From a virus (lineage: Duplodnaviria; Caudoviricetes), in the IMG/VR virus record IMGVR_UViG_3300030376_006606, positions 1 through 28,636 of that record: a stretch of DNA of 28,636 bases; one strand, given 5' to 3'. Below the pieces are notes generated by a model. That model was not told the DNA's origin and ran no database searches. It saw nothing but the letters and a program-made list of their open reading frames with translations. Shown piece by piece: positions 26,216 to 28,636 of the stretch (its first letter is position 1; the number at the start of each line of letters is the position of its first letter). The translations under genes and the position numbers were made by a program.

Positions 26216-26614
26216 CTAGATTTTCGAACAAAAATTAATTGTGGATTTAAAATTATTTTTTGATGAAAATAAATTGTTAATTAGTGTTTTTTGGTTTGAC
26301 TCATTTAGCTGATCAAATAGGTTCAATATAGATTTACTTTCCGAAGAAGATAGAATAGATTCATTTCCATCTTTAAAAGTAACTGCAATAGTGCTTTTTT
26401 GTCTAAAACTTTCTTGCAGCACATCTAAAATAGAATAATTTAAATCCTCTTGTATATTTAGATCATTCTTCTCTTCAAAAATGCCTTCTACGCACGAATT
26501 TTCTATGGGAAGTTTTTTATCAGCAATTTTCATTTCCATTATTTTATTGAAAGTTGAATAAAATTCTTTTTTATCCCCTTCTATAAAATTCTTTACTAAT
26601 GTTAATGTGTTCAT
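26216..26614 (-). CDS. prohead-region hypothetical protein (gp67-like N-terminus)
   Basis: 132 aa, AT-rich. ATGA overlap with the gp20 stop. Confidence 0.65.
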   Translation of the reverse strand: MNTLTLVKNFIEGDKKEFYSTFNKIMEMKIADKKLPIENSCVEGIFEEKNDLNIQEDLNYSILDVLQESFRQKSTIAVTFKDGNESILSSSESKSILNLFDQLNESNQKTLINNLFSSKNNFKSTINFCSKI

Positions 26615-28152
26615 CCTTGTATATCCTGTGACGGTAGTTGAGATTGTGGCATTTGTTGCATTTCTATCCCAATTTCAGTATCCATTTTAATTATTTCTTC
26701 GTCACTCATTCGTAGAATATTCTTCTTAACATAGTTGTTTGAAAAATATGTACCGATTAAAGGTTGAATTGCACCAAGCATCTGTAGTCTGTTTGATAAT
26801 ATTTCGTTTTCTTTGAGTTCTGTAAAGTATGAATCTCTATTGAAGTCTAACTGTATATCTGGAGTGATTTCATTCCAATCATCCTCCGTAAGAACTCCCT
26901 TGAGAATACACTGTACTCTTAGAAGCTGTAGGAAAATTGAACTAAATCGTGTGCGTAGTCTTTCGATATACTTGTAGAACTTAACTTCATCTCTTGTAAT
27001 TTCTGCCGCTCTACCCATGTTGAATCCATTGTCTGGATACATTCGGGTAATTGGGATATTTAGAGAGTTGTATACCTTCCTGAGAAGATATTCGACATCA
27101 TCCATCTGTCCCAAGTTCTGACCACCCGATAGCGTGCTAATTTCTGTTCCTCTACCACCCTCACGGCGAGGTAGCCAGTAATCTTCTAGCATGGACATGT
27201 GATTTCTGCTGTCTTGAATTTGACCAGTATTCTGATCGTAAATCATCTTTGTCCTGTATCTCTGCATGATCTCACGAAGATACTGTTCTGCTTTTTGCTT
27301 AGGAAGGTTACCAACGTCAATATAGAAGATCCGTCTTTCTGGAGCACGAGAGATCCTGTATACAACGACAGCATCTTCAATCTGCCTAAGCATGTTTACT
27401 GGACGAATTGCTTTTTGTAGATATCCAACTACTCGTTTTGAAGTTGCGTCAACAAGTCCAGAGTTTGCGTATGCAATGGAATCTTTTGTTATTTTCATTC
27501 CAGTTTTTGTTGTTGGATATACAGAATCTTTTTCGGTATTCGTGTAAATGTAATACTCTTCAATGCCCTCAATTAGTGGAGCAGATCCACGAACTTCAGG
27601 TTTTGATTTTTGCTTGATTACTTTGCGAACACGCTTGATCTTAACTGGATCAATGGGTCTGATTTCTTGTATGCCTTTAATTGGATCATCATCATCAATT
27701 ATGATCTGGTAATACAACTTTGAGTCAACATACCACTTTCTGAAAATTTCATATGCTTTGGTGTGGAAATCCATCAAACGCAACACATAATCAAACTCTG
27801 AATAGATTTTATTTTTGATTGCTTCTGATAATTGAACTTTATCTAGACCAATTTTTATTGGTTTTCTATCACTACCCATGACAATTGCATCATTGCAAAT
27901 ATCTTCAATTGCGTTATCAACTTCTGGGAAAAGTGCAATTCCTCTGTACTGTTGTATTAGAGCATTTTCGTCACGAATTGCTCCTGTAAAATCAACATAT
28001 GTTCCAAGGATTCCTCCCGTTTCGAACATATATGAACCATCATAATCGTCAGGTGCAATAACCGATTTGGATCCAGACGAAGTAGAAATTGGTTCTACTG
28101 ACTGCCCTTTCGGTGTTCTTCCTATAGTAAACCCAAATAAGTCTAATGCCAC
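26611..28152 (-). CDS. gp20: portal vertex protein gp20
   Basis: LFGFTI, PEVDNAIEDI, FRKWYVD, EDAVVVYRISRAPERRIFYIDVGNLPK.KAEQYL, EDYWLPRREGGRGTEI.TL.GGQNLG and EITRDEVKF. GTG start with GGAG. Confidence 0.99.
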   Translation of the reverse strand: MALDLFGFTIGRTPKGQSVEPISTSSGSKSVIAPDDYDGSYMFETGGILGTYVDFTGAIRDENALIQQYRGIALFPEVDNAIEDICNDAIVMGSDRKPIKIGLDKVQLSEAIKNKIYSEFDYVLRLMDFHTKAYEIFRKWYVDSKLYYQIIIDDDDPIKGIQEIRPIDPVKIKRVRKVIKQKSKPEVRGSAPLIEGIEEYYIYTNTEKDSVYPTTKTGMKITKDSIAYANSGLVDATSKRVVGYLQKAIRPVNMLRQIEDAVVVYRISRAPERRIFYIDVGNLPKQKAEQYLREIMQRYRTKMIYDQNTGQIQDSRNHMSMLEDYWLPRREGGRGTEISTLSGGQNLGQMDDVEYLLRKVYNSLNIPITRMYPDNGFNMGRAAEITRDEVKFYKYIERLRTRFSSIFLQLLRVQCILKGVLTEDDWNEITPDIQLDFNRDSYFTELKENEILSNRLQMLGAIQPLIGTYFSNNYVKKNILRMSDEEIIKMDTEIGIEMQQMPQSQLPSQDIQG

Positions 28153-28174
28153 TTTAATTCTCCATTATATAATC

Positions 28175-28636
28175 TTAGTTAACACCGTCAATTGTGAAGT
28201 ATGAGTATTCAACTGTAACGGTAAATTCTACTAAAGTATCTATGGCGTTAGAATCCATGCTAATCGGACCAATTGATGTTGGCCAACAATCTTCTAATAC
28301 AACTTTCTTTGTGTGATTCCCACTATCGCTACCATATCCTTTTTGCATAATTTGCCATTGTGTTGTGAAATTACTCCAATCATCGGCACTTCTATTTGTC
28401 TCATGATCATTGATGTAGTTACTCCACTTTTGTAGATTTGTCCACACAGATGATACCCCGTCAGAAGCATTTTCATCTAATACTCTAAATGTCCATGGAA
28501 AATAAATCCTATCACCTGGCCATTTTAAAATCCTACCGCGATATGGGACTCGAATTGGATTGACCTGTGAGGGTGGAAGATTTACTGCACGAACAGTAAA
28601 TCTGTTCATCGCATCGGAAGAGTCATTGCCAGACAC
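28175..28636 (-). CDS. gp19: tail tube protein gp19 (5' end outside window)
   Basis: VNLPPS, VPYRGR.LK.PGDR, W...V.DE, CWPTSIGPI.MD and EFTVT. Immediately upstream of gp20. Confidence 0.9.
   Translation of the reverse strand: MSGNDSSDAMNRFTVRAVNLPPSQVNPIRVPYRGRILKWPGDRIYFPWTFRVLDENASDGVSSVWTNLQKWSNYINDHETNRSADDWSNFTTQWQIMQKGYGSDSGNHTKKVVLEDCWPTSIGPISMDSNAIDTLVEFTVTVEYSYFTIDGVN

Noticed and set aside
3019-27617. Numerous 60-139 aa plus-strand ORFs
   Set aside because: All lie antisense to well-supported genes and show no recognisable motifs.
28164-28173. TATATAAT upstream of gp20 as a promoter
   Set aside because: It does not match TATAAATA, has no -35, and abuts the SD, leaving no room for a leader.
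1-28636. Stop-codon reassignment, introns/inteins, tRNAs, homing endonucleases
   Set aside because: Core genes are full length in the standard code, and TAG terminates several genes (6876, 11265, 14926, 22045). I saw no insertions, cloverleaves or HNH/GIY-YIG/LAGLIDADG motifs by eye.

Overview
A fragment of a T4-like (myovirus) phage genome with cyanophage/pelagiphage-type gene order. All credible genes are on the minus strand. In transcription order (right to left): tail tube gp19 (partial), portal gp20, two small prohead-region ORFs, gp21, gp22, major capsid gp23, gp3, uvsY, uvsW, a conserved hypothetical, late sigma gp55, gp47 and gp46. Next is an accessory block: SNase-family nuclease, short fold-type-II PLP enzyme, type II glutamine synthetase, large amino-methyltransferase and three small ORFs. 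Then gp45, gp44, a roof-shortened GroES, gp62 and regA. Finally there is an 8.3 kb glycosylation island that runs off the left edge: GT-A, two GT10-like, GT2, GT47-like, Fcl/ColC-like, ColD-like dehydratase and a perosamine-synthase-like aminotransferase that the ORF track missed. The most notable signals are: (i) the nuclease/PLP/GS/MTase block behind a hidden late promoter, a candidate DNA-modification or nitrogen module; (ii) back-to-back sigma70 promoters upstream of gp55, with a perfect-consensus antisense promoter firing into a G-tract (candidate R-loop origin or antisense RNA); (iii) recurrent leaderless promoter-ATG geometry; (iv) a probable GDP-colitose/perosamine pathway. All calls come from reading motifs by eye; no searches were run.
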